Shown: positions 9,742 to 19,777 of the stretch, piece by piece
Numbering within the stretch: position 1 is the stretch's first letter
Layout of the letters: each line of letters begins with the position of its first letter
Origin: an uncultured Gemmatimonadales bacterium
GTDB lineage: Bacteria; Gemmatimonadota; Gemmatimonadetes; Gemmatimonadales; GWC2-71-9
Assembly: GCA_963828735.1 (NCBI GenBank)
Contig: CAWHFW010000006.1
Location: 72,403 to 136,402 of the forward strand
DNA: 64,000 nucleotides
Direction of reading: 5' to 3'
Made by a program: the position numbers and the translations under genes
The notes under the pieces: model-generated
The model's database searches: none
What the model was told of the DNA's origin: nothing
Seen by the model: only the letters and a program-made list of their open reading frames with translations

Positions 9742-10952
9742 GCGACGTCGTCCACGGCCGGCTCCGCGCGCTCCTCGGCTCGAGCGGCGTCGAGCGCGAT
9801 CAGGGCGGCATGCCACGCGCCATCCCCGACACCGCCGACGCACTCTCGCTCGTCTGCCGGCTCGCCCACGATGAGGGGTGGAAAATCCGCGTGGAGGGTC
9901 AGGGCACCTGGCTTCCGACTGACGCCCCGGCCGACCTCGCCGTGAGCACGCGCGCGCTCGATCAAGTGGTCTCGGTGAGTCCGGCCGACCTCGTGGCCAC
10001 CGTCCAGTCCGGCACGCCGCTCGAGGCGCTGCGCCGCCGCCTCGCGGACGAAGGCATGTGGCTCGCGCTCGATCCGCCGGGCCGGCCCGAGCGGAGCCTC
10101 GGCTCGGTCATCGCCACGGCCACCGCCGGCCCGCTGCGCCATGGCTTCGGTCCGGTGCGCGATCACGTGCTCGGCTGCACGGTCGCCACGGGCGACGGTC
10201 GCCTGGTCAAGGCCGGTGGGCGGGTGGTGAAGAACGTCGCCGGATACGACCTCACCAAGCTCCAGGTCGGCGGGTTCGGTGGGTTCGGCATCGTCGCCGA
10301 GGCACACCTCCGGCTCCGAGCTCTGCCCCGGGCGGACGTCACCCTCGTCGCGCGCGGCACCCGGGACACGCTCACCTCCGCCGCGCGGGACGTCATGGCC
10401 GCGGAGCTGGTGCCGGCCGCGCTCGAGCTGCTCTCGCCCGCGCTCGCGGCCGAGGCGGACTGGGTGCTTGCGGCGCGGTTTGTCGGCACCGACGCGGCCG
10501 TCCAGGGCGATGTCCGCCGGCTCGCGCCCATCGCCGAGCTGGCATGGCAGCCGCTGCCGACCGACCGCACGGCCGCGTTCTGGGGGCTCGTGGCGCGCGG
10601 CAGCCAGGGCGGCCCGATCACTCTCCGTCTCGGCGTCCTGGGCGACGGCGTCGACGACACCCTCGACCTCCTCGCGCACGATCTGGATGAAAAACTGCTC
10701 TCCGCTGGCGCGGGCTCGGGCATGATCCGCTGGACGGGCGATGCGCCGCTGGAGCGGCTTCGCGCGGTGCGCCGCACCGCCGCGGCCCGTGAGATCCCGA
10801 TGACGCTCGAGCGGGCCCCGTGGGCCATGCGCAAGGCGCTGGGGCATTTCGGGGCGTATCGCGAGGGCGTCGGCCAACTGGTGGGCCGACTGCGGGACAC
10901 GTTCGATCCAGGCCAGTGCCTGCAGGTCGCGCTCGAGGCGGCAGGGGAGTGA
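9738..10952 (+). CDS. glcE: Glycolate oxidase FAD-binding subunit GlcE
   Basis: GGRVVKNVAGYDL; ATGA-coupled to glcD. Confidence 0.85.
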   Translation: MSDVVHGRLRALLGSSGVERDQGGMPRAIPDTADALSLVCRLAHDEGWKIRVEGQGTWLPTDAPADLAVSTRALDQVVSVSPADLVATVQSGTPLEALRRRLADEGMWLALDPPGRPERSLGSVIATATAGPLRHGFGPVRDHVLGCTVATGDGRLVKAGGRVVKNVAGYDLTKLQVGGFGGFGIVAEAHLRLRALPRADVTLVARGTRDTLTSAARDVMAAELVPAALELLSPALAAEADWVLAARFVGTDAAVQGDVRRLAPIAELAWQPLPTDRTAAFWGLVARGSQGGPITLRLGVLGDGVDDTLDLLAHDLDEKLLSAGAGSGMIRWTGDAPLERLRAVRRTAAAREIPMTLERAPWAMRKALGHFGAYREGVGQLVGRLRDTFDPGQCLQVALEAAGE

Positions 10953-11019
10953 GACCGGGCGGGCGGCGTTCGGATGTCTCCGACAGATCCATCGCGGGGG
11001 CCCGGATGAGGGACGACAG

Positions 11020-12336
11020 ATGACCGCCGCCCCAGACTACTCCAGCCTCGATCCCTGCGTCCACTGCGGCTTCTGCCTCCCCGCCTGCCCCACCTACCTC
11101 GCCACAGGCGATGAGTCCGACAGCCCTCGCGGGCGCATCGTCCTCATGCGGGCGCTGGAACGGGGCGAGATCGCCGCGGGCGACGAGGGCTTGATCGAGC
11201 ACCTCGACGCCTGCCTGGGCTGCCTCGGGTGCGAGCCCGTCTGCCCCTCGGGCGTGGGGTACGGACAGGGGATTCAGGCCGCCCGTGAGCAGCTCTTTGC
11301 GAGCCGCGGGCTCACGCGCCTCGCCGCCGTGGTGCTGGGCATCTTCCGGCAGGAGCGGCTGTGGCGCCCGCTATTCACGCTGAGTCGCGCCCTCCGGCGT
11401 ACCGGGCTCCCCAGGCGGCTCGCAGGCGCCGGGAGGATCGGATTCGGCATGGGCATGCTCGCCGCGACCGAAGGGAGCGACCGCCCCAAGGCTCGCCCCC
11501 GGCGGGCATCGACGGCTTCACCGTCCGCGACCACAGTCGCGCTGTTCCGCGGCTGCGTCATGGATACGCTGTTCCGTCACGTCCATGATGCGACCCGCCG
11601 GACACTCGAGGCGAACGGGTATCGGGTCGTGGTGCCTGAGGGACAGGCCTGTTGCGGCGCCCTCCACGAGCATGCCGGGCACCGCGCGGCCGCCGAGGAG
11701 CTGGCGCGACTCAACGTGGCGGCCCTGGCGGACGCGGCGGACTACGTCGTGGTGAACAGCGCCGGCTGCGGCGCGCTGCTCAAGGGCTACGGGCACCTGC
11801 TCGATTCGGACGCGGCGCGCTCGCTCGCGGCCAAGGTTCGCGACGTGTCCGAGCTCCTCGCCGAGCGCGGGCCGAGACGTGGCGGCGATCTCCCGCTGGA
11901 CGTGGCGTACGATGCGCCGTGTCACCTGCAGCATGCGCAACGGGTGCACGCCGCGCCGCTCGCCGTGCTCCATGCGATTCCCGCCCTTCGTCTCAGGCTG
12001 CTGCCCACCTCGGACAAGTGTTGCGGCAGCGCGGGTATTTACTCGATGCTGCGGCCCGACATGGCCCGCGCCGTCCTCGACCTCAAGATCGAGAGCTTCG
12101 CCTCGGCGTCGCCGATGCCCGAGGTCGTCGCCACGGGGAATCCAGGATGTCTCATGCAGATCGGTGCGGGGGTGCGGGCCGCAGGACTGCCCATCAGGGT
12201 CGCGCACCCGGTGGAGCTCCTGGACGAGAGCTACCGCGTCGGAGGGATCTACCAGCCGCCCATCAATGCGGGGAGTGCGCCGAGCGCGCGAGCAGACGCG
12301 CCCGCAGCTCCGGCAGGCGCAGCCACCGGCCCTTGA
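11020..12336 (+). CDS. glcF: Glycolate oxidase iron-sulfur subunit GlcF
   Basis: CVHCGFCLPACPTY, CLGCLGCEPVCPS, two CCG domains. Confidence 0.88.
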   Translation: MTAAPDYSSLDPCVHCGFCLPACPTYLATGDESDSPRGRIVLMRALERGEIAAGDEGLIEHLDACLGCLGCEPVCPSGVGYGQGIQAAREQLFASRGLTRLAAVVLGIFRQERLWRPLFTLSRALRRTGLPRRLAGAGRIGFGMGMLAATEGSDRPKARPRRASTASPSATTVALFRGCVMDTLFRHVHDATRRTLEANGYRVVVPEGQACCGALHEHAGHRAAAEELARLNVAALADAADYVVVNSAGCGALLKGYGHLLDSDAARSLAAKVRDVSELLAERGPRRGGDLPLDVAYDAPCHLQHAQRVHAAPLAVLHAIPALRLRLLPTSDKCCGSAGIYSMLRPDMARAVLDLKIESFASASPMPEVVATGNPGCLMQIGAGVRAAGLPIRVAHPVELLDESYRVGGIYQPPINAGSAPSARADAPAAPAGAATGP

Positions 12337-14212
12337 GCTTGGCGGCGGCGCCGGCCACCGGCACCGACGGCTGACCGCCCCAATCCGGCGACGACTCGAA
12401 CGAGTTGGGCCGATTGCTCACGTCGATCGGATTGCTCCCGTCGCTGTTCATCACGTAGATCTCGTTGTCGGAATCGTCGGTCCGCACGAACACCATCCGG
12501 CGGCCGTCGGGCGACCAGTCCGGTCCGAAATCGAAGCCCGGATGGTCCGTCAGGTTCATCCGCCCGCTCCCGTCGGGGTTCATCACCGCCACCTCACTCT
12601 CGAGGGGCTCATCCTCGGGGCCCGTGTTGAACGCGATCCGGCTTCCGTCCGGCGCCCATACCGGGCCGTCCTCCTGCGCGGTGCCCGGCGTCAGGTCGAG
12701 CAAGTTCGAGCCGTCCGCATTGATCACCCTGATCTGGTTCGGATTCACGGACGTGAACGCGATCCGGCTTCCGTCGGGAGACCAGGCGGGCTGGATGGCG
12801 GTCAGCGAGTCCGCGGTCAGGCGGCGATCGCCGCTCCCGTCCGCGCCGACGATGCGGATGTGCACGTTGTCCACGTCGTGCACGTAGGCGATCTGGGTCC
12901 CGTCCGGCGACCAGCTCGGGCTCTCTCCATCGGTGGCCAGCCGCCTCTTGCCGCTTCCGTCCGCCTGCATGACCCACAGATCGGAGAACAGCTGACCCCT
13001 CTGGATCCGCCCCCGGGAGAACGCGATGCGGCTCCCGTCCGGCGACCAGCGGTAGTCCACCACCTGCGCGTCATCCGACAGCTGCGTGCGGTCGCTGCCA
13101 TCGCCGTTCATCACGTAGAGCGCTTCCGACGCGAATGAGGGAGCCACCCGGACGAACAGTATCCGTCGCCCGTCGGGCGACCAGATCGGGTCGCGCTCGA
13201 ACACGCCGTCCGGCGTGAGATCGGTGAGCCCCGTTCCATCGGGGCTCACCACGAACACGGCCAGGAGACCGATGGCGTTGCCGCTGAAGGCGATCACCTG
13301 CGAATCGCCGACGCAGTTGACCGTGAACTCCGCGGTGACCTCGCCGCCGAGCGGGACCTGGATGTCCAGCGGGTTCGGGGACTGGACCGTGCAATTCGCC
13401 GCCACCCCGCCCAGCGTGACCCGGTGCGGCCCGAACGGCACCTGGTCGAGATCCGCCATGCCGTTCGCGACCCGCGTCGCCGGGGACGCGCCGTCCAGCG
13501 AGACCGTGTACCCCTCCGGACCCGTGGGCGTGCCCAACGTGGTGACGCGCACATGGATCGAGCCCGTCGGCGAGACGCAGGTGATCACGAAGCTCACCGT
13601 GCTGTCCGCGCCTGCGGTGACGACCACGGGGCGAGGATTGTCGCCGCCGACCGAGCAGTTGGGCGCGACGCCACTCAGTGTGATCTGGTGCGGCCCGGGC
13701 GGGACGCCCGGCAGCGTGCGGCTGTCGTTGACCCCGACAGCACCCATGCCGGTGTCATCGAGCTCTACCTGGTAGCCGTCGGAATCGGGGCTGTCACCCG
13801 AAGTCGCGGTCGTTACCACCACCTGCCCTTGCGTCGGGCCGCAGATCACGGCGAACGCGACGATCGCCGTGGTGCCCTCGGCGATCGTCGCGGAGGTCGT
13901 CGGGCCGCCGGTCGTGGTACAGTTGCCGGCCAGGCCGGCCAGCGTGATCGTGTGCTGGCCCGGGGCGAGTGGATCGATGATGAGGGTGTCGGTGATGCCG
14001 ATGGACTCGCCGGGCGCCATGTCCACGACGACGCTGTAGCCGTCGGGATCCAGCTCGGTGCCGGTGGTGGTGGTGCGGACCTCGAGCGCGGGCATCACGA
14101 GGCCGGCGCCGTCGCCGGCGCCGCAGGCGGCGGTCGCGAGGGCGAGGACAAACGGCGCGTGACCCCACGTGGACCGGGGGCGCGAGGCGGACACCGCTGT
14201 ACTCCAAGACAT
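12263..14212 (-). CDS. Lipoprotein with three Cys-paired beta-rich repeats and a TolB/PD40 beta-propeller
   Basis: ATAAC lipobox-like site; repeated P.WSPDG.RI.F motifs. Confidence 0.8.
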   Translation of the reverse strand: MSWSTAVSASRPRSTWGHAPFVLALATAACGAGDGAGLVMPALEVRTTTTGTELDPDGYSVVVDMAPGESIGITDTLIIDPLAPGQHTITLAGLAGNCTTTGGPTTSATIAEGTTAIVAFAVICGPTQGQVVVTTATSGDSPDSDGYQVELDDTGMGAVGVNDSRTLPGVPPGPHQITLSGVAPNCSVGGDNPRPVVVTAGADSTVSFVITCVSPTGSIHVRVTTLGTPTGPEGYTVSLDGASPATRVANGMADLDQVPFGPHRVTLGGVAANCTVQSPNPLDIQVPLGGEVTAEFTVNCVGDSQVIAFSGNAIGLLAVFVVSPDGTGLTDLTPDGVFERDPIWSPDGRRILFVRVAPSFASEALYVMNGDGSDRTQLSDDAQVVDYRWSPDGSRIAFSRGRIQRGQLFSDLWVMQADGSGKRRLATDGESPSWSPDGTQIAYVHDVDNVHIRIVGADGSGDRRLTADSLTAIQPAWSPDGSRIAFTSVNPNQIRVINADGSNLLDLTPGTAQEDGPVWAPDGSRIAFNTGPEDEPLESEVAVMNPDGSGRMNLTDHPGFDFGPDWSPDGRRMVFVRTDDSDNEIYVMNSDGSNPIDVSNRPNSFESSPDWGGQPSVPVAGAAAKLKGRWLRLPELRARLLARSAHSPH

Positions 14213-14395
14213 TACAGCCTCCGGCCCCGGCGCTTCGCGGGCCGACGGCTACCGCGCGGGCGCGGGGCCGGACGACCGTTGGGAGACTTGCATTGACGAC
14301 CCTCCGCGGACCAACCGGGGAGGACCGGTGGGAGCACGGCGGACTGCTGTCGTGTGCCCCCTAGAAAGGTGGCTTGCCGCTGGGAGAAACGCCAC

Positions 14396-15322
14396 TCACT
14401 TCCGAGGCCGAATCAGCCACGAAAAATCGGGCATCTCGACGATGAGCCCGTGGTCGCGTGTGTTGCGCGAGATACCCGCAACCAGCTGGTCGTTGTACCG
14501 ATCCAGCCAGAAGTCGAACGGGTCCTCCGGCTTGGCGTCCTCGATCAAGAGATCGGTGTCGTCCATCGTCAGCTTGCCGAACCGGAGCACACCGCCGCGG
14601 AAGAACATGTAGTTCCGCGCCTTCGGCAGGGGCGGGGTGAGCGGCTCCACCGCGTGGCTGCCCTCCGGCCGGAAGACCTGCACGATCTCGCTGTCGTTGA
14701 CCTCCACCCGGCCCACCCGGCCCTCGACGGCGGGCGGCGGGAGGAGCCCGGTCGGCGAGAGCAGGAAGTCGTCACCCACGATCCGGACCCCGCGTGCCTG
14801 GCGGGTGTCCACGAGCTTCTGCAGGTTGAGCCCGAAGAGCTTCATCAGGCCACCAACGTGGATCCCGACCGCCTTGACCGTGGTGGGATGGAGTCGCAGG
14901 TCTCCCTCGGGCGTGAGGGAGAGGTCGCCGACGAGGTCGAACGAGATGCCGCGCATGGTCCCGTGCTGGCGAATCTGGCCGTGATCGATCGTCACGACCA
15001 GCTTCCGGAGCGGCGAGCCCGGATAGGCGAAGGTGTAGCGGTTGAGGAGCTCGCCGAGCGCGGCGGGGGTGATCGCGATCCGCGCGCTGTCGAGCTTCAG
15101 CACGAAGGATCGCTTGTCGTCGAGATACGCCGGATGCTCGGCCGCGGCACGGAGGAGGCGGCCCCGCGCGAAGCGGATGTCGAGCACGATCGTGCTGTCC
15201 ACGTGGAAGGCGACATTCCGCATCTGCACCTGCACGGCGTGGTCGCTGGCCTGCGCGTGGATCGCTGCCACAGGGGCGAGCGCCCGCAAGGCCATCAGTA
15301 CTCCAGCGTACGTCCAGCGCAC
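14396..15322 (-). CDS. Hypothetical exported beta-rich protein
   Basis: Long ORF, GTG start with AAGGAG RBS, signal-peptide-like N-terminus. Confidence 0.65.
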   Translation of the reverse strand: MRWTYAGVLMALRALAPVAAIHAQASDHAVQVQMRNVAFHVDSTIVLDIRFARGRLLRAAAEHPAYLDDKRSFVLKLDSARIAITPAALGELLNRYTFAYPGSPLRKLVVTIDHGQIRQHGTMRGISFDLVGDLSLTPEGDLRLHPTTVKAVGIHVGGLMKLFGLNLQKLVDTRQARGVRIVGDDFLLSPTGLLPPPAVEGRVGRVEVNDSEIVQVFRPEGSHAVEPLTPPLPKARNYMFFRGGVLRFGKLTMDDTDLLIEDAKPEDPFDFWLDRYNDQLVAGISRNTRDHGLIVEMPDFSWLIRPRK

Positions 15323-15401
15323 CGCCGCTCCTTCGACGTGATGCCGCAATCTAACGCCGGACATCTTACCCTCCCTCGCCTTCCCCGTTATTCCTTCCGA
15401 T

Positions 15402-16064
15402 ATGACGGCCGCCATCCTGTTCGACTTCAACGGCGTCATCGTCGACGACGAGCCGCAGCATTGTGACGCTCTGATCGCGACGCTGGCGGACTACGGTTTC
15501 ACCCTCGAGCGGGACGCGTACTATCGCGACTACCTCGGCTTCGACGATCGCGAGTGCTTCCGCTTCACCTTCGGCCACATGGGACGGCCCGCGGACGAGC
15601 CCGCCCTGGCGGAGGCGATCGAGCGCAAGAACGCCCACTACGAGCGCGCCATCCGCGCGGGCATGCGGCTCGTGCCCGGCGCCGCGGATTTCATCGAGAC
15701 CGCGGCGCTCGACGGCTTTCAGCTGGCCATCGTGAGCGGCGCGCTCCGCCGCGAGATCGACCTCGTGCTCGGCCTCGCGGGCCTCCGCCCGCACTTCGCC
15801 GAGATCGTCGCGGCGGAGGACGTCAGCGCCTGCAAGCCGGACCCCCAGGGATACAACCGGGCGCGCGCCGCGCTCGCGCTCGCCTCCAACCGCTGCGTCG
15901 TGGTCGAGGATTCGCTCCCCGGACTCGCCGCCGCCCGCGCCGCTGGCCTCCGCTGTGCCATGCTCTCCACTTCGCACGGTGAGACGGACTGCGACGGCGC
16001 CGATCTCATCTGGCAGGATTTCACCGGCCATGCTCCGGCAGAATTGCCCTGGGCCCATGCCTGA
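15402..16064 (+). CDS. HAD-superfamily phosphatase (CbbY/beta-PGM-like)
   Basis: FDFNGVIVD, KPDPQGY, VVEDS..G. Confidence 0.85.
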   Translation: MTAAILFDFNGVIVDDEPQHCDALIATLADYGFTLERDAYYRDYLGFDDRECFRFTFGHMGRPADEPALAEAIERKNAHYERAIRAGMRLVPGAADFIETAALDGFQLAIVSGALRREIDLVLGLAGLRPHFAEIVAAEDVSACKPDPQGYNRARAALALASNRCVVVEDSLPGLAAARAAGLRCAMLSTSHGETDCDGADLIWQDFTGHAPAELPWAHA

Positions 16065-17043
16065 CCTCGACCTGCGGCTGGACCGCGCCCGCCTCGACCG
16101 CGTACGCCACGGGGCGACCCTGGTGACCGATCGCCCGGCCGTCGTCCGCATCACGGGGCCGGGCGCCTTGGCGTGCCTGCAGGGCCTGCTGACGAACGAC
16201 CTCGATCGCCCGGGCGACCGGACCCTGGTCTATGGCGCCCTGCTCACGCCCAAGGGGATGATCGTGGTGGATGCGTGGGTGCTGCGCCAAGGCGACAGCT
16301 TCACCCTGATCATGCCGCGCTCGGGCCACGCGGCGGCGATCGAGCTCTTCACCCGACAGCTTCCGCCGCGCCTCGCGCGCACGACGGATCTGACGGGAGA
16401 GGCCGCGGTGGCCTGGCTGCTCGGCGCACACGGCTTCCAGGTGCTCGCGAAGTCGGGCGTCGGCATGCCCGAATCGGCGGGACGGGTAGCGTCGGTCGGC
16501 GGCGAGCTGAGCCCGGTGTCGGTGGCGCTGGCGCCGGAGTCGGCACCGTTCGTCGCCCTCGCGGTGGGCCTCTCGCCGGCGCTCGAGCCCGTCGTCGCGC
16601 GGCTCACGGCGGCCGGCGCGCTCACTGGTGGCGACTGCGACCTGCACGCCGCCCGACTCCTCTCGGGCTGGCCGGCCCTCGGCGTCGAGATCGACGAGCG
16701 GACCCTTCCACAGGAAGTGCGGTATGACGAGATCGGCGGCGTCTCGTATACGAAGGGGTGCTATACCGGGCAGGAAACGGTCGCGCGCCTCCACTTCCGG
16801 GGACACACCAACCGGGAGCTTCGGGGCCTGCACTGGACCGACACCGAGCCGCTGGACGGCCGGGCCATCGTCTACGGGGAGAAGGAGGTAGGCAGCGTCC
16901 GCTCGACGCTCACGCTCGAGGACCGCGTCCTCGGGCTCGGCGTGGTGCGGCGGGAGGTCGAGCCGGGCGAGACGGTGACCGCCGGCGGCCGGCGCGCCAC
17001 CGTCGTGACGCTGCCCTTCGGCGCGGACGAGGTGGACGGGTGA
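16057..17043 (+). CDS. ygfZ: YgfZ/GcvT-like folate-binding protein
   Basis: KGCYTGQE signature; LQGLLTND. Confidence 0.85.
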   Translation: MPDLDLRLDRARLDRVRHGATLVTDRPAVVRITGPGALACLQGLLTNDLDRPGDRTLVYGALLTPKGMIVVDAWVLRQGDSFTLIMPRSGHAAAIELFTRQLPPRLARTTDLTGEAAVAWLLGAHGFQVLAKSGVGMPESAGRVASVGGELSPVSVALAPESAPFVALAVGLSPALEPVVARLTAAGALTGGDCDLHAARLLSGWPALGVEIDERTLPQEVRYDEIGGVSYTKGCYTGQETVARLHFRGHTNRELRGLHWTDTEPLDGRAIVYGEKEVGSVRSTLTLEDRVLGLGVVRREVEPGETVTAGGRRATVVTLPFGADEVDG

Positions 17044-17054
17044 CCAAACGACAG

Positions 17055-17081
17055 CGGGCCCCGGGACATGCCCGGGGCCCG
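17055..17081. terminator. Hairpin between convergent genes
   Basis: CGGGCCCCGGG-acatg-CCCGGGGCCCG. Confidence 0.6.
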
Positions 17082-17103
17082 GCGCGACAGTGGGACCAGA
17101 CGC

Positions 17104-17301
17104 TTACTTCTTCGCGGTATCCCGGGCCATCGTGGAGTCGGACGACATCGGCATGCTCGTGCTGTCGTGCGACATCCCGGCCATGCCGGTGTCGCTCGTG
17201 GCGGGAGCCATTGCGGCGGTATCGGCGGCAGGCGCGGCTTCCTTCTTCGGCCCGCAGCCAACCAGCACCAGCATGGCAGCCATCATCATGGTCTTCTTCA
17301 T
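17104..17301 (-). CDS. Small Met-rich lipoprotein (65 aa)
   Basis: MKKTMMMAAMLVLVGC lipobox; GGAG RBS; own promoter. Confidence 0.75.
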   Translation of the reverse strand: MKKTMMMAAMLVLVGCGPKKEAAPAADTAAMAPATSDTGMAGMSHDSTSMPMSSDSTMARDTAKK

Positions 17302-17374
17302 TGTTGCTCCAGATATGCTAGGGTTTGGCACTGCGCCTGCCACGAGCATCACTGTCGCCCACGGTACGGCGTCG

Positions 17375-17402
17375 AACGTAAGCCGGGGCCACATTTTGTC
17401 AA
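17375..17402 (-). promoter_or_regulatory. sigma70-type promoter of small lipoprotein
   Basis: TTGACA-16 nt-TACGTT on minus strand. Confidence 0.55.
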
Positions 17403-17532
17403 GCCATCGACGCCCGCTCATTCGCCGGATGGAACATGCAACCTCCTGCAGCAACACGGCTTGCAGGTTGATCTCTCGAGCCGGCCGAGACGTGCCGGAC
17501 TCACGGCCCAGACTTACGAGTGCTCATCTCTC

Positions 17533-19005
17533 ATGAACCATACGACCCTGCCACGCACTTTCGGCGAGCTCAAGAACAGCCCCTGGGCCGACGCGCCCTT
17601 CCGGGGCCGGACCGTCCGCGACGAGATCCGGACCAATCTGCTGGCCCGCCTGGCGGCCGGCGACCCGCTCTTTCCCGGCATCGTCGGCTACGAGGACACC
17701 ATCCTGCCGCAGATCGTGAACGCCCTGCTGGCGCGCCATCATTTCATTCTGCTCGGTCTTCGCGGCCAGGCCAAGAGCCGGATCCTTCGGGAGCTGAGCG
17801 GGCTGCTCGACGAGCGGATCCCGATCGTGGCCGGGAGCGAGGTCAGCGACGACCCGTTCGCGCCGATCTCCAAGTTCGCGCGCGAGCGCCTTGAGGAGTG
17901 CGGCGACGCGACGGCGATCGCGTGGCTCCGCCGGGACCAGCGCTACATCGAGAAGCTCGCGACGCCGGACGTCACCATCGCCGACATCATCGGTGACGTG
18001 GACCCGATCAAGGCGGCGCGCGGCGGCCATCTGTTGAGCGACGAGCTCACCATGCACTTCGGCCTCCTGCCCCGCGCCAACCGCGGCATCTTCACGATCA
18101 ACGAGCTGCCGGATCTGAGCGGGAAGGTGCAGGTCGGCCTGTTCAACATCATGCAGGAGGGCGACGTCCAGATCAAAGGCTATCCCGTACGCCTGCCGCT
18201 CGACGTGCTGCTCGCCTTCACGGCCAACCCCGAGGACTACACGGCCCGCGGGAAGATCATCACGCCGCTCAAGGACCGGATCGGGTCGGAAGTGATCACC
18301 CATTACCCGCGCACGGTGCAGCTCGGCATGGAGATCACCGCCCAGGAGGCATGGGTCGAGCGAGGCGGGAAGACGCTCGATATCCCGGATTTCGTGCTCG
18401 AGGTGATCGAGCGGGTGGCGTTCGAGGCGCGCGAGGACAAGCGGGTGGACAAGCGCTCGGGGGTGAGCCAGCGGCTGCCGATCAGCGTGCTCGAGAACGC
18501 GGTCTCCAACGCCGAGCGGCGGGCCACGCTGCTCGGCGAAGAGCGGATCGTGCCGAGGGTGAGCGACATCTACGCGGCCGTCCCCTCGATCACCGGCAAG
18601 CTCGAGCTGGAATACGAGGGCGAGCTGCAGGGCGGCGATACGATCGCGCGCGAGCTCATCCGGCGGGCGGCCGGCAAGGTGGTGGAGGACCGGATGGGCG
18701 GCGCCGACCTGGGAAAGATCGTCGCCTGGTTCGACCAGGGCGGCGCCCTCAAGGTGCCGGGCGACGAAAGGGCGGAGCTCTGCTTCAAGGGATTCAGCGT
18801 GGTGCCCGGGCTCATCGACACTATCGCCGAGTTCGGGCTCTCGCCCCGCGCGGACCATCCGCGTGCCGTGGCGGCCTGCGAGCTGGTCCTGGAAGGTCTG
18901 GCCGCCCAGAAGCGCATCAGCCGCAGCGAAGAGCTGGGATACACCCGCATGAAGCCCGAGCGACGGGAGCCGGGGTACGGGAAAGGCGGGATTTCGTTCG
19001 GGTAG
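17533..19005 (+). CDS. AAA+ ATPase (Mg-chelatase/MoxR-like)
   Basis: GLRGQAKS Walker A variant, FTINELPDL Walker B, TANPEDY. Confidence 0.8.
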   Translation: MNHTTLPRTFGELKNSPWADAPFRGRTVRDEIRTNLLARLAAGDPLFPGIVGYEDTILPQIVNALLARHHFILLGLRGQAKSRILRELSGLLDERIPIVAGSEVSDDPFAPISKFARERLEECGDATAIAWLRRDQRYIEKLATPDVTIADIIGDVDPIKAARGGHLLSDELTMHFGLLPRANRGIFTINELPDLSGKVQVGLFNIMQEGDVQIKGYPVRLPLDVLLAFTANPEDYTARGKIITPLKDRIGSEVITHYPRTVQLGMEITAQEAWVERGGKTLDIPDFVLEVIERVAFEAREDKRVDKRSGVSQRLPISVLENAVSNAERRATLLGEERIVPRVSDIYAAVPSITGKLELEYEGELQGGDTIARELIRRAAGKVVEDRMGGADLGKIVAWFDQGGALKVPGDERAELCFKGFSVVPGLIDTIAEFGLSPRADHPRAVAACELVLEGLAAQKRISRSEELGYTRMKPERREPGYGKGGISFG

Positions 19006-19038
19006 GCCGGGCAGGCGGGGTGGTCGGGCAATCGCCCG

Positions 19039-19665
19039 TCACCACCCCATCGCGCGTGCCCGCGCCACGATGACGTCCGTCGCCCCGTCGAATCCGAGCA
19101 CGCCGGTGTTGAGCACGATGTGAAAGTTCACCGGGTCGGCCCAGTCGCGGCGGTAGTACTCGCGGTTGTACCGGGCGCGCATCTTGTCGGTCTGGTCGAG
19201 CACGGTGGCGGCCTTTTCGGCGTTGCAACCCAGCCGGGCGGCGGCCACCTGGATACGGAAGACACGGGGCGCGACGAGCTTCACGTGGAGCGCGTCCACT
19301 TCCCGCGAGAGGACCGCCGGCGCCGAGCGACCCACCAGTACGACCCGCCCCTGCGCCGCGATCTCGGCCACCACGGTCTCCGTGATCTTCACCAGGTCGG
19401 CCTCGGGCATCTCCACCACGGCGCCGGCCGTCTCGGCCGGTGAGAAAACCTCGGGTGAGGCGGCGGCCAGGGTGCGGGCCAGCCGTTCAACGAAGGTCGA
19501 GACGCGCTCCTCCCGCTCCGCCACGCGCTCGGGCGGCAGGCCCGCCCGGGCGGCTACCTGCTCCACGAGCTCGTTGTCCACCACGCGCCAGCCGAGCGCC
19601 GCCGCCACCCGCTTCGCGACCTCCGAGCCCCCGGCGCCGAACTGGCGCGAGATGGTGATGAGCAT
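19039..19665 (-). CDS. Cytidylate kinase-like family protein
   Basis: ITISRQFGAGG, LVGR, R..Y..YY..DW.DP..FH..LNT. Confidence 0.85.
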   Translation of the reverse strand: MLITISRQFGAGGSEVAKRVAAALGWRVVDNELVEQVAARAGLPPERVAEREERVSTFVERLARTLAAASPEVFSPAETAGAVVEMPEADLVKITETVVAEIAAQGRVVLVGRSAPAVLSREVDALHVKLVAPRVFRIQVAAARLGCNAEKAATVLDQTDKMRARYNREYYRRDWADPVNFHIVLNTGVLGFDGATDVIVARARAMGW

Positions 19666-19700
19666 CGGGCTAAGATGGGGGGCGATCGGGAAGTGGGAAA

Positions 19701-19760
19701 GGTCGGGGAGCGGGTGGTCGGGGAGCGGGTGGTCGGGCGAGCGGGCGAGCGGGCGAGCGA
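19701..19760. repeat. Short G-rich tandem repeats
   Basis: GGTCGGGGAGCGGGT x2 followed by CGGGCGAG x3. Confidence 0.6.
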
Positions 19761-19777
19761 CGATGCGTCAGGCCCAG

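Noticed and set aside
12263..12336. Convergent overlap of glcF and the TolB-like gene
   Set aside because: Low-complexity tails; common in high-GC genomes
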